64,000 bases of DNA from the NCBI RefSeq assembly GCF_009914755.1, contig NC_060930.1, one strand, 5' to 3'. The notes under the pieces were generated by a model. That model had not been told where the DNA came from. It did no database searches and worked only from the letters and a program-made list of their open reading frames with translations. The translations under genes were made by a program, and so were the position numbers. This DNA comes from the human T2T-CHM13v2.0 reference genome, Homo sapiens. Numbering within the stretch: position 1 is the first letter of the stretch; every line of letters begins with the position of its first letter. Shown here piece after piece: positions 10,938 to 24,075 of this stretch.

Positions 10938-13900
10938 CGGGCAAGATGGCCCACTAGATGCAGCCAGGTAGAACTGCTGCCACTGAGGGACTGGGATGAC
11001 TGGCACACTCCTAAAAGATCTTCAGAGGGAAGGCACTGACAGTGAATGCAGAAAAAAACACAGAAACTGGGCTGAAGGGGAAGAAGCTGGGAACCATGTG
11101 TGGGGCTTCTGCACACCAGGACTCATTCTTGGCCCCCAATTACTCCAGGGGAATGGGCGAGTTGAACTGGCAGCAAACAACTCGCTCTAGCCATGAGCCT
11201 CTGGAATCCCAGCAAGAGGAAACCCCTCAACCACTAGGGACACTTGAGTTGGCAGGGAGAGCTGCTTAGAGAAGTGGTAGGGGCAGCAGGCCAGCTGATG
11301 CAGAGCCTACAGGGCTTGCTGTAGGAGCATTTGTAGTAGAGTAGGGCCAGGGGTGCCCATCCCTCCAGGATCAACTTGCTCCCATAGGAGACTTTAGCCC
11401 TAGGGGAACTGTTGGAACAAAATTCTGCAGTGTTGTCTTGCCCTTCAGATGGGGTGGTGTGACCTGAGCACCCCTTGTTCCACTGGTTTCTTCTGGGTTC
11501 CCAGCCTGGCTGCACCTGTTTGCATTGCAGCCTCTGGTGCCCTGGGGGCCTGCATCATAGCTTCTGCACTGGTAGATCATTCCTGAACAGTGGACAGCTT
11601 CAGTAGGGCAGTCCTCACTGCCATACACCAGTCTGCCCACTCCCCCTTCCCACTGCAGCTTCCCCAGGGTCCATGGCCACCCCCATATTGCTTTGTCACC
11701 ATGTGTGGTGGGGGGACACTTTGCCTTCCCTGCCCTACCAGGGCACATGGATGTGTGGACCCTGCCAGCAGGAGTGCACTCTGCCTTCCCTCACCCACCA
11801 TACTGCCATTGAAGTTGGAGCCTTGGCAAGCACAGAGCCCACTAGCCCCACCCCTGCACCAACACTGGGAGTGAAACTAGGCACACAGAACAATAGACCC
11901 TCCCCTGCCCTGAGCGGCCACAGAGGGTACACAAAGACCTGTGCCCGCCAGTGCCCCTCCTCTGTGCTAACACCACCAACAATGCAACCATGCATACAGT
12001 CACCAACAGGATGCCCCCTGCCCACACCAATCATACCACCTTTGCCACTGCTGTGAACACCTGCATGAAGGCAGGCACCCCAACATCCACTAGCATCCTG
12101 CGACAGCCGACGGGTGTGCACCCCACCACACTGCCACTGCTGCTGGCACATATGAATGAGAATGGATCGCACTGCCATCACCCTATGAAATGCTTTGTCT
12201 GGCAGCATGTATCAGAATGCAATCAACACTGGCCAACAAGCACTTAGGCACCCCTGCCCCATGCAGTGGATTCCTAACCTCAAGGAACCAGAGAACAAAG
12301 TTAGGGCCTGTTATAAATCCTCCAGAGGTAGAGCACACAGTCTAGGAGTTGGGAGATGACTGTTGGTCCCCTAAAATCTTCCAAAAATGAATCCAGTAGA
12401 CTGGACCCACCTTATACCACAAGCAAACCCTCAATGCCATCAAATAGGATAAAAGAAAAAAATCTAAAGGACAGCAACTTCAAAGATTGAAGGAACACCA
12501 GTCCAGAAACATGAGAAAGAACCCGCACAAGAAGCCTAATAACAAAGAGCCAGAGTGCCTTCTTTCCTCCAAACAACCACACTACCTCTCCAGCAAGGGT
12601 TCTGAACTGTGCTGAGATGGCCAAGATGACAGAAATAGAATTAAGAATATGGATAGGAACAAAGATCATTAAGATGCAGGAGTACATTGAAACCAAATCC
12701 AAGGAAGCTAAAATCACAATGAAACAATACAGAAGCTGACAAACAAAATAGCCAATATTAAAAAGAACTTAAACAACCTGATAGAGTGGAAAAATGCACT
12801 GCAAGAATTTCATAATGCAATCACAAGTATTAATAGCAGAATAGACCAAGCTGACGAAGAATCTCAGAGCTTGAAGACTGGCTTTCTAAAAATAAGACAA
12901 TCAGGCAAGAATACAGAAAAAAGAATAAAGACACATAAACAAAACCTCCAAGAAATATGGCATTATGTAGAGGCCAAATCTATGACTCACTGGTGTCCCT
13001 GAAAGAGATGGGGAGAAGAGAATCAAATTGGAAAACACATTTCAAGATTTCAGTCATGAGAACTTCCCCAATCTAGCTAAAGAGGCCAACATTCAAATTC
13101 AGGAAATGCGGAGAACCCCAGTAAGTTACTTCACAAGAAAATCTTCATAATTATCAGATTCTCCAAGGTCAAAATGAAAGAAAAAATGTTAAAGGCAGGG
13201 TGAGAGAAAGGTCAGGTCAGGTCACCTACAAAGGGAAGTCCATCAGACCAATAGTGGATTTTTTAGCAGAGACCCAACAAGACAGAAGAGATTGGAGGCC
13301 AATATTCAACATTAAAAAAAAAAAAGAAATTCCAACCAAGAATTTCCTATCCAGCCAAACTAAGCTTCATAAGCAAAGGAGAAATAAGATCCCTTTTCAG
13401 ACAAGCAAATACTGAGGGAATTCGTTAATACCAGACTTGCCTTACAAGAGCTTCCAAAGGAAGCATTAAATTTGAAAGACTAATCAGCCACTACAAAAAC
13501 ACACTTAAGTACACAGACCAATGACACTGTAAAGCAACCATACAAACAAGTCTGCATAATAACCAGCAAATATCACGATGACAGGATCAAATCCACACAT
13601 ATCCATACCAACTGTGAATGTAAATAGGCTAAATGCCCCAATTAAAAGGCACAGAGTGGCAAGCTGGATAAAAACGCAAGACTCAATGGTATGCTGTCTT
13701 TAAGAGACCCATCTCACATGCAGTGACACCCATAGACTCAAAATAAAGGGATGGAAAAAGTCTACCAAGTAAATGATAAACAGTAAAAAGCAGAGGTTGG
13801 AATTCTAATTTCGGACAAAACAGACTTTAAACAAAGATTAAAAAAAAGACAAAGACATTACATAATGGTAAAGGGTTCAATTAAACAAGAAGACCTAACT

Positions 13901-16730
13901 ATCCTAAATATATATTCCCCTAACCGAGGAGCACCCAGATTCATAAAGCAAGTTCTTAGATACCTACAAAGAGACTTAGATAACCACACAATATTAGTGG
14001 AAGGCATCAACACCACATTGACAGTATTCAACAGATACATCGAGACAGAAAATTAACAACTCAGCACTGGATCAAATGGGCCTGAGAGACATCCACAAAA
14101 CTCTCCACTCAAAAACAAAAGAATATGCATTCTTCTTATCACCACATGGCACATACTCCAAAATTAACCACATAATGAGACATAAATCACTCCTCAGCAA
14201 ATGCAAAAGAACTGAAATCATAACAACTACTCTCTTGGACCACAGTGCAATCAAATTAGAAATCATGACTAAGAAATTTACTCAAAAGCATATAATTACA
14301 TTGAAATTGAATAACCTGCTCCTGAATGACTTCTGGGTAAATAATTCAATTAAGGCAGAAATCAAAAAGTTCCTTGGAACTAATGAGAACAAATATACAA
14401 CACATCAAAATCTCTGGACACAGTTAAGGAAGTGTTAAGAGGGAAATTTATAGCACTAAAAGCTTACATCAAAAAGTTAGAAAGATCTCAACTTAACAAC
14501 CTAATATCACAATGAAAAAAACTAGAAAACCAAGAGCAAGCCAATCCCAAATATAGCAGAAGACAAGAAATAACCAAAATCAGAGATGGAGACATGAAAA
14601 ACCATTCAAAAGATCAACAAATCCAGTAGGTGGTTTTTAAAAAATATTAATAAAATAGATCACTAGCTAGACTAATAAAAAAGAAACAAGAGAAGATCCA
14701 AACAAATACAATCAGAAACAACAAAGGGAATATTACCACTGACCCGACAGAAATACAAATAACCATCAGAGAATATTATGAACACCTCTATGCACACAAA
14801 CTAGAAAATCCAGAAGAAATTAATAAATTCCTGGATATATATACCCTTCCAAGTGTGAACCAAGAAGAAACTGAATCCCTGAACAGACAAATAATGAGCT
14901 TTGAAATTTAATCAGTAGTAAGTAGCATATCAATCCAAAAATCTCAGGACCAGACAGATTCACAGCTGAATTCTAGCAGATGTACAAAGAAAAGCTGGCA
15001 CCATTCCTGCTGAAACTATTCCAAAAATTGAGGAGGGGGGACTCCTCCGTAACTCATTCTATGAGGCTACGATCATCCTGATACCAAAACCTTGCAGAGA
15101 CACAACAAAAAGAGAAAACTTCAGGCCAATATCCCTGATGAATATTAATGCAAAAATCTTCAAGAAAATACTTACAAACTAAATCTGGCTGCGCATCAAA
15201 AACAATATCAACTAAAATCAAGTAGGCTTTATCTCTGGGATAAGGTTTAGTCAACTTATGTGAATCAATAAGTGTGATTCATCACATAAACAGAACTAAA
15301 GACAAAAACCATGTGATCATCTCAATAGATGCAGAAAAGGCTTTTGATAAAATTCAACACTCCTTCATGTTTAAAGCTCTTAATAATAAGAGCCATCTAT
15401 GACAAACCCACAGCCAACATCATACTGAATGGCCAATAGCTGGGAGCATTCCCCTTGAAAACCAGCACTAGAGAAGGATGCTTTCTGTCACTATTCCTAT
15501 TCAACATAGTATTGGAAGTCCTGGCCAGAGCAATCAGGCAAGAGAAAGAAACAAAGGGCATCCAAATAGGAAGACAAGAAGTCAAAATATTCCTGTTCAC
15601 AGATGACATAATTCTATATCTAGAAAACCCCATAGCCTTGGCCCAAAAGCTCCTTAAGATCATAAACAATTTCAGCGAAGTCTCACGATACAAAATTAAC
15701 ATGTAAAAATCACTAGTATGCCTATACACCAACCACCATTATGCAGAGGGCCAAATCTGGAATGCAATCCCATTCACAGTTGCCATGAAAATAAAAAAAT
15801 ACCTATGACTACAGCTAACCAGGGAGGTGAAAGAGCTCTACAATGAGAACTAGAAAACACTGCTCAAAGAAATCAGAGATGACACAAACAAATGGAAAAA
15901 CATTCCATGCTTATGTATAGAAAGAATCAATATCATTAAAATGGTCATGCTACCCAAAGCAATTTATAGATTCAATGCTATTCCCATCAAACTACCAAGG
16001 ACATTCTTCACAGAACTAATGAAAACTATTTTAAAAGTCATATGGAACTGAAAAAAAGCCCAAATAGCTAAGGCAATAAAAAAAAAAAAAAGCTGGGGGC
16101 TTCACGTTACCAGACTTCAAACTATGCTACAGGGCTACAGTAACCAAAACAGCATAGTACTGGTACAAAAACAGGTAAAGCAATGGAACTGAATAGAGGG
16201 CCCAGAAATAATGCCATATGCCTAAAACCATCTGACCTTTGACAAAGCTGACAAAAACAAACAATGGGGAAAGGACTCTCTATTACAATAGCAAATCCTG
16301 TTTAAATGCCCATTAATGGTAGATTGGATAGAGAAAATATGGTACATATATACCATAGAATACTATGTGGCCATAAAAAAGAATGAGATCATGTCCTTTG
16401 CAGAAACATGGAGAAAGCTGGAGGCCACTATCCATAGCAAGCTAACTCAGGAGTAGAAAACCAACAATGCATATTCTCACTTACAAGTAGGAGCTGAATA
16501 ATGAAAACAGATGGACACATAGTGGGGAACAACAAACACGGGGCCTACAGGAGGGTAGAGGGTAGAAGGAAGGAGACGATAAGGAAAAATAACTAATAAG
16601 TACTAGGCTTAATACCTGGATTACTAAATAATCTGTATGACAAACCCCCATGACACAAGTTTACCTTTATAACAAATCTACACATGTACTCCTGAACTTA
16701 AAATAATTTAAGTAAAAAAAAATAAAAAAT
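10938..16730 (+). mobile_element. Near full-length L1PA13/14-type LINE-1, decayed, with internal deletions
   Basis: 5' end GGGCAAGATGGCCCACTAGATGCAGCCAGG, GC-rich 5'UTR, ORF1 remnant from ~12511, ORF2 ATGACAGGATCAAATCCACAC at 13578, 3'UTR AGGAAAAATAACTAAT…CCTGAACTTAAAATAA and A tail. Confidence 0.93.
13578..16430 (+). pseudogene. ORF2: L1 ORF2p (endonuclease/reverse transcriptase) remnant, frameshifted
   Basis: Fragments [40 protein letters not shown]…DHSAIKLEI and [27 protein letters not shown]…[10 protein letters not shown] (RT FADD motif). Confidence 0.92.
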
Positions 16731-16931
16731 TTGAACTGAAAAATTCTCTGGATGTAATACATCAGGGAATATTTTAATATTTTTTTTGAAAACTAATAAT
16801 ATAAGATATCTTAATAACATAAAGAGAAAAAAGACATTATAGACAGGGGAGCTAAAATAAGAATGATTACTGAACTGAATACAAGCTAGAAGGCTATAAA
16901 ACGACTTATTTCATGTAACAGAAGAAAAATG

Positions 16932-17241
16932 GGCCAGGTGCAGTGGCTCATGCCTGTAATCTCAGCACTTTGGAAGGGAGGCTGAGGTGGGTGGATCACT
17001 TGAGGTCAGGATTTCAAGACCAGCCTGGCCAATATGGTGAAACCCTGTCTCTACTAAAAATACAAAAATTAGCCAGGCTTGATGGTGCATGCCTGTAGTC
17101 CTAGTTACTTGAGAGACTGAGGCACAAGAATCACCTGAACTTGGGAGGTGGAAGTTGCAACGAGCCAAGATTAAGCCACTGCACTCCAGCCTGGGAGACA
17201 AAGTGAGACTCCGTCTTAAAAAAAAAAGAAAAGAAAAAAAA
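16932..17241 (+). mobile_element. AluS (Sx/Sz-like)
   Basis: Full dimeric Alu with A-rich tail. Confidence 0.96.
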
Positions 17242-17656
17242 TTGGAAAACTCACAACTGTCAAACAATAATCAATAAGAAGCGATTAGATCTGGGACCGA
17301 AGATCTTATTAGAATTGTGATCAAAGAGTAAAACTCAATCATTAGAATTTTATTTGGTTCCCCTTCACAGGTACCATGTAGGAGGTACCAAAGAACCAGA
17401 CATCTGTAAACTAAAATTTTATTTTTCTGTTCTCAACTAATTGTGCAACTGTCTTACTGTCAAATCTCTAAAATAGGTGGTCAAACTAAATCTTAGACTC
17501 TTCTAAGATTCTTTGAAATTGTGATGTGGAGTAGAAGCAAAAAATATCAAAATTAATGCCTCCTTATAGAGCATCCAAAAATGTTTTCTAACTGCATATT
17601 TGATGCAAATGTACCCAAAGAATTTATCGTATTATCCAGACAAATTATATTCAGGC

Positions 17657-17712
17657 ATATATATGTATGTGTGTATATATGTGTGTGTATATATACATAT
17701 AGATATATATGT
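17657..17712. repeat. (TA)n/(TG)n low-complexity repeat
   Basis: ATATATATGTATGTGTGTATATATGTGTGTGTATATATAC…. Confidence 0.8.
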
Positions 17713-19184
17713 TTTAACATTTGAAATGTAATTCATGACATTGGAACCATTTTTGTATTGAATTAGATGTAAAATAAATTGATACTGATTCCATTTTACA
17801 AAAAAGTTACCATATAGTTAAACTATAATAATTTCCATTGATGGAAATTAATGCCACTGAATTATGTAAAACTGTAAAAAATATAGGCATGTTCCTTTTG
17901 TTTTATTTCAGAACATATTTCTATACCAATGAGTAAATAATAATTTTATGTTTCTTTGTGGTAATCAGAAAAAAATACACACTACTCTTTTATTTATGCG
18001 GATTTAATTACCATATTTACATATTTTCTGCCTTTTGATTGGTTCATACATCTGTTCTTAATGGTTCTATGAAAATTATATTAAAACCACAACGTCAAGG
18101 TTTTGATGAGTAGCTCAGAAGCAACCCAAGTACAAGACAAACATTAGAATATAATGCTTTTCATGGCTAGTGATGGAGTGGGGCCATTTATCATAGAGCC
18201 AAAAAAGCAAAAAATTAGAGATACATCAGCTTCCATGTTTGAGATTTTTAAAAATAGCTAAATGCTTCCAAATGTGCAAGTTTACCCAAAGCTACTTTAA
18301 TTTTACTCTGTTTCTATACTAGGAATAAAAGTTTCCAAGGATAGAGTAATACTTTCTTATGAAAATTCCAACTGATCATACTAAATATCAGGTCAAAAAT
18401 CCTGTTTAAAAGATATGAGATGGTAGTGATTTTCTTGCATGTGAGCAACATGAAAATATAAAGACAGATCTTAAGAACTATTCAATCAACACGTCATAAA
18501 CAGTGTGTTCAAAATTTAGAAAATATATTTGACTATCTTTTGAATTTAGGCTGGTTCAGATAGTAACCTATCAAGAAAGAATGAACCAGTTTAAGGACCA
18601 TGGAATAAGGGAATTAGGTAAGATGTAAATTGGAAATTATAGATAGCACTGATTGCTTAATGCTGAAATAATCAGGAATACAAATTTATCCTGTGTCTTC
18701 TTGAGTGGTTCAAGTGCTTCTCCCAGATGGAACACTGAAGTGCCATCCTTCAGCTTCACATCGCTAATATGTGGAGATTCAAGTAGCCAGGTACAATAGA
18801 CTCAAATACCATTATTCTGTTATTCTAAGATACATAATCTAAATACAGAATAATAAAGCAAATGAAATCTCATTATAACTTTCAATTATAAGATTCTTGG
18901 TCATTGTTTGATTTTGTTTTGTTTTATTTTGATACTGAGACAAAATTATAACTAATATAAGCACCAAGTCAACAGGAAACTGAGTATTCACTAAGAATGG
19001 CTACCATTCCCTAGTCACCTTTCTACCATCACCATTCCAAAATTAGTTAAATCAAGAAAGAAAAGATAAAAGGGAAAAAGGATTTATTGTTTATCAGTTC
19101 TTATTCCCTATCCTTTCCTGTTTAATACAAATGGTATTAGACACATGGAAATTTTTTTAAAAAATACGTAAAGAAGGATATGAT

Positions 19185-19520
19185 TGTATGAATTGGTTCT
19201 ACCACTTTGGAGAGCAATTTGGCTCAATGACAAATATCTCCAAAACATTATATTGAGAGAAAAAAATTGACAGCATATTAAATCTTATTATTGGGTACAT
19301 ACCAATATAAGAATAAAACATGCATGTAAACAATAAACATGAAATCAGAATGGTGTTTATGTTGGGGAGGAAAAGAGGAGTAGAATATCCAGAGAGAGAA
19401 AAACACAGAAATATTTTATTATGTTTATAATGATTAATATTTTTATACCAAGTGTTAGGGGTGTTTATTACAGTACTATTTTACATTTTGGCATTTCTAA
19501 AATATTCCATAATAAAGTTT
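19185..19520 (+). mobile_element. L1ME-type 3' end fragment
   Basis: AATTGGTTCTACCACTTTGGAGAGCAATTTGGC and …GGGGTGTTTATTAC…AAAATATTCCATAATAAA resemble the L1ME 3' region. Confidence 0.6.
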
Positions 19521-21229
19521 GAAGAAAGCAAGACTATTTAGCTAGAAGCTAGAAGAGTGATTTAGTTTTTATGTGAAGCATGAGAACTAGCTGTTTTCTG
19601 CCTCCATAAATAGAATTGGAAATTTAGGCTAACTACAAAGTTTACTTTCCCACTTTAGTGAGTTCTTATAGGTTGCAAAGAAAATTTATGTGGCTTTCTG
19701 TGAACATCGTGATGATGAGGCTGGATTCTTATCTTTCTTAAGGAGCTTGGGTGGTCCTGGTTTAAAGTGGGCGACATCGCCCCTCTGCTCCTCTCTGACT
19801 TTTTAGTTCTTATTGAGAGATTACAATCGTTTAAGATGAGTAAGCAGAAAAGGGAGGAAAGAAGATGTATGAGTATAAATATCAGAGATTAAAGCCCCCA
19901 AATGAGGCCAGATAATAAACATCAGAGAAATGGTCTCTTTCATTTTTGTCCTTTATTGTAGCACATTTCTAAGCCGACTAGATTTATCTTCAATTTTCAT
20001 TTCATTCAATGTTTTGAATCTTTTTTTTTATTGTAGAGGCAGTCTCCTGGAAAAAGACCTTAAAAATATCCCCAAATATTCAGCCAAATGACAGAGTCAG
20101 TTGGAAAGAGTGCAGTCATTCACTTTTCCATTTCTGTGTCCAGTTGAGATTGTTGCAGGCAATGCCCGTGTTCATTATCTCTTTTACTGAGACAAGATTT
20201 AACCTCACACAACATCTGGAAATATCAGACCTTTTACTTTCTGGTATTTCTGGATGAGGGACCACATGCACAGACTCTATTTTGTAAGTACTGTATAGGA
20301 AGAGCAAGCATTTTTTCAATACCATTTATCAATTGTTAATGCTTAAATTTCTGTTTTGGTGTGACATTTCTGAAATTCAGCCTCTTCTGTTACATGTTTA
20401 GAAATCAATGTGCATGTTTATATGGACAGGATGGAGTTTGTTTTATTTCTTACCCCCTGAATATTTGCTCACTAGGTCTGCTAGGGGACCTGCCAGTTAG
20501 AGAAAATGACCATTATGAAACTAAGGTTTTTTGCATTAATTCGTTATGCAGTATAGACATATTTCCCAGAAAATCAATTTTGCCAACCCGGAAATAATGC
20601 AAGCACCATGACTGCCAGGATTTTTGTCTGTTGTGTGTGTGGCTTTTTTATTCCCACTAGAAATAAACAAAAATCGTTTTGACTTCTCAGTAATGAATGT
20701 TTAACCTAAATGGTAAGGGATGAAGTCATTTTTTTAATGTTAGTGGAAGTTGGAAAATCCAGAAGTGCCTATCATATAATCTCAGTTATTTCTACAATAG
20801 TACGAAGTTTGCCGTTTTCTTGCATCTTGTACACACACACACCCCCACACACATATCTGCTAAGGAGGAAAATAACATATAGCATGAACCAGGTTATTCA
20901 ATAACAATCTGGAAAATTTCTAACTTCTTTATGCTAGGTCTTCCAAAATATTAGCTATGTATTTATTCCTGATACTATTCTGTTTCAATATGCTTCTCCA
21001 TGGGTTTGGCTTAATCCACGTGTATATGCAGTGCAGTTAAATGGTAGAGATATTTTAAGGCTTTTTCTAAATTTCTTTCCCAAACAATAAGACTTCGGGT
21101 TCATAAGTGAGCTTCATTCCTCTCTGTCTCCAGCATGATAACAGTAGGATGATACTCAAGACCACACAAAGAAGAATCCAAGAGAAGAACTAGAGAGAAA
21201 CAACACAAGCATGAGATCCCAGTTGACTG

Positions 21230-21405
21230 GGGAGGTGACAGTAATGTGGATTGGACTCTGGAAGGTCTGAGTCTTAATTCTGCATTTGTCAGAAGTCAGT
21301 TGATGAACTGGGAAGTTACTTAGCTCAAGGAGTTTACTCTTCATCTGTATAAAGTTTGGGAATAAATAGTCTGAGGTTCTTATAAGTTCTCAAATTCTGT
21401 GAGCC
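21230..21405 (+). mobile_element. MIR/MIR3 fragment
   Basis: Degenerate core (…CTGGGAAGTTACTTAGCTC…TTCATCTGTATAAAG…) and MIR3-like tail ending AAATTCTGTGA. Confidence 0.55.
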
Positions 21406-22294
21406 TATTTCTACTCCACTTTTATAAAAAAAATAGAAATTATCCAAAGCAAAATGTTGCCCTTTTTTAAGACACTTTTTCTTACTTTTTTTTTTAAATC
21501 AGCTGTCCTTCAGGTTTTTAAAAAATCTGTCAAAATTATTTTTAGTTTTAGTAAAAAATAAAACTTTAACTTCTAAATTTTAAGAAATTCTTATTTGTAG
21601 AATCACAAATCAAAATTTCCTGAGATTCTTTAGTTTATTTCTTTTCTTATTTATTATTAAATCATTTTTTACAAGATGCAAATATTCTACAGCCTGTTCT
21701 TTTAAATTGGTATGTGTAATTGTTCAGCATGTTCAGCTTATTAACTGCTAGGAATAAGGCTGTCATTCATTTTGATCAATAAAACAAGTATCTTTACTTT
21801 GGAGGAATAATGTATCCAAAACAATCAACAAAGGGGCACTTGTCAACCTTTTAGCTTTGGTTAAAAGAAAAAAAGTAGACTCATAACACACCACTCTCGA
21901 CCACAGTGATCTTTCCCCTGAGCTGCAACGATTGTGAGGCATATTTTGTGAGAGCAACTCGTATGCTCTCCTCCAGTGGTTGCCATCTACACTTCAATGT
22001 CCTAGTCCTCCAGCACACTGAGATGCACCCCTACTCTCGTGTTCCTCTAGAAAAATTATTATTATAAAAACAAAATGGACTATGAAAAATAGCCTCTTTG
22101 AACACAAATTAATTTGGAGTAGACTTTATATAGTTATGAGTCAATTTTTCTTCCACAGCAAAACACAATTCCCTTTAAAATATAAACAATTGGTGGATTT
22201 TATAATAATTTTAAATCCAAAACCAAGTAATACCTTTGTACATGTATATGTGTTATTTACACATGTATATAGTATGTATATGTTATTTACATGC

Positions 22295-23058
22295 TATTTA
22301 CACAGAAACAGAGAGAGAGATTTTAAGAAATGAAGGAATGGTTCATAAAATTGCCGGGGCTGGCGAGACCAAAATCTGCAGGACAGGCTGCAGGCTGGCA
22401 AGACCTAGGGAAGTGTTAATGCTGCAGCTCCATTCTGAATGCAGTCTGAAGGCAGAATCCCCATTTCATTAGGGGACTCCAGTATTTTTCTTTTTCTTTT
22501 TTTTCTTTATACGTTAAGTTTTAGGGTACATGTGCACAATGTGCAGGTTTGTTACGTATGTATACATGTGCCATGTTGGTGTGCTGCACCCATTAACTCG
22601 TCGTTTACATTAGGTATATCTCCTAATGCTATCCCTCCCCGCTCCCCCTACCCCACAACAGACCCCAGTGTGTGATGTTCCCCTTCCTGTATCCATGTGT
22701 TCTCATTGTTCAATTCCCACCTATGAGTGAGAACATGCGGTGTTTGGTTTTTTGTCCTTGCAATAGTTTGCTGAGAATGATGGTAGCCATAAAAAATGAT
22801 GAGTTCATGTCCTTTGTAGGGACATGGATGAAGCTGGAAACCATCATTCTCAGCAAACCATCATTCTCAGTATTTTTCTTTTAAGGCCTTCAAGTGATTA
22901 GATGAGGCCCACGTACATTAGGGGGGGTAATCTGCTTTACTGTGCTCTATTGATGTAAATGGTAACTTGAGCTAAGAAATACCTTCACAGAAACATTTAA
23001 ACTCTGTTTGACCAAATATCTGAGGACTGTGAGTTGACACATAAAATTAACCATCACA
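22295..23058 (-). mobile_element. MLT2 (ERVL) solo LTR, split by an L1 insertion
   Basis: …CCAAAATCTGCAGGACAGGCTGCAGGCTGG… before, and …TAAGGCCTTCAAGTGATTAGATGAGGCCCAC…GTTGACACATAAAATTAACCATCACA after the L1. Confidence 0.85.
22495..22867 (-). mobile_element. Short L1PA (L1PA3/4-like) insertion with inverted 5' segment
   Basis: Antisense L1 3'UTR at 22495-22784 joined to a sense L1 segment at 22785-22867; TSD CAGTATTTTTCTTTT at 22480-22494 and 22868-22882. Confidence 0.95.
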
Positions 23059-23106
23059 GTGCTCAAGCTAAATAACATTATTCTTTGCTAATTTAAGAAA
23101 TAAACT

Positions 23107-23352
23107 GGCCAGTCACAGTGGCTCATGCCTGTAATCCCAGCACTTTGGGAGGCTGAGGTGGGTGGATCACAAGGTCAGGAGTTCAAGACCAGCCTGGCCA
23201 ACGTGGTGAAACTTCATCTCTACTAAAAATACAAAAATTAGCCGGGCATGGTGGTGCCTGTAATCCCAGGTACTTGGGAGGCTGAGGCAGGACTCCAGCC
23301 TAGTCAACAGATTGAGACTCTGTCTCAAATTAAAAAAAAAAAAAAGAAAGAA
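23107..23352 (+). mobile_element. AluS (Sg-like) with ~56-nt right-arm deletion
   Basis: GGATCACAAGGTCAGGAGTTC diagnostic; GAGGCAGGA joined directly to CTCCAGCC; TSD AAGAAA(T/G)AAACT. Confidence 0.93.
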
Positions 23353-23844
23353 AAGAAAGAAACTAACACATCCAGCAAATGTCAGTGTGGTACAGAATCT
23401 ATGGGTGGTTTAGGAAATAGTTACCAGAATGAAACTTTTCTCCTCCACACATTAAGCTTTTTGCTCTAGCACACTCTATAAATATTTGTAATTCTGAAAT
23501 GTTTTTCATGAATTCTGAAACAAGAATTTTGAAGGAGCATATGTCTTCTGGAATAATTTTTCAACACTGGAAATACTGATTTACTTATGCTGTACATGAG
23601 GAAGTTCCTAGAAATGCACTTTTAACTGAAAGTGTTCAAGGGCTGAGGGAGAGATGGGCTTTTTACATTGTATATTCCTTGATTCTAACTCAATTAATTT
23701 AAAATGCAGGGAGTTTAGTGTGTTAATAAAAGGGATTTCAGGTGTTATGGGAATAGAGTAAAATGATAGCCAGCCTGTGAGGGAGGGAACAGGGGAAGGA
23801 GGCTGTCCAGGGACCTGCACATCTGAGCTGAGAAACTGTAAATA

Positions 23845-24075
23845 ACATGGTGGTTATTAAAGTGGCTCACGAGTTAGGTCAGCTAGGCTCAGATCCATGC
23901 TCTGGTACTAAATAATTGTGTCTTCAGAAATTTATTTAATTTTTCTAGTACTCTGTCTTCTCACCTATAAACATACAGTTTCCAAAGTGTAGAAGGATTA
24001 AATATGAAAAGTACACCTAACGTACCTCACGCCTTGTAGTCAGTGGCACATAGTGATTAATATTATTAATTATTA
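23845..24075 (+). mobile_element. MIR
   Basis: Degenerate core (…TCTTCTCACCTATAAA…) and 3' GTGGCACATAGTG plus (ATT)n tail. Confidence 0.65.

Noticed and set aside
10996-12247. Stack of overlapping 60-157 aa ORFs on both strands
   Set aside because: All lie in the GC-rich L1PA13/14 5'UTR, where stops are rare; none resembles a known protein.
19770-19795. CTCF-like GAGCAGAGGGGCGA on the minus strand
   Set aside because: Spacing does not fit the CTCF core (extra G, missing 5' CC); too weak without ChIP data.
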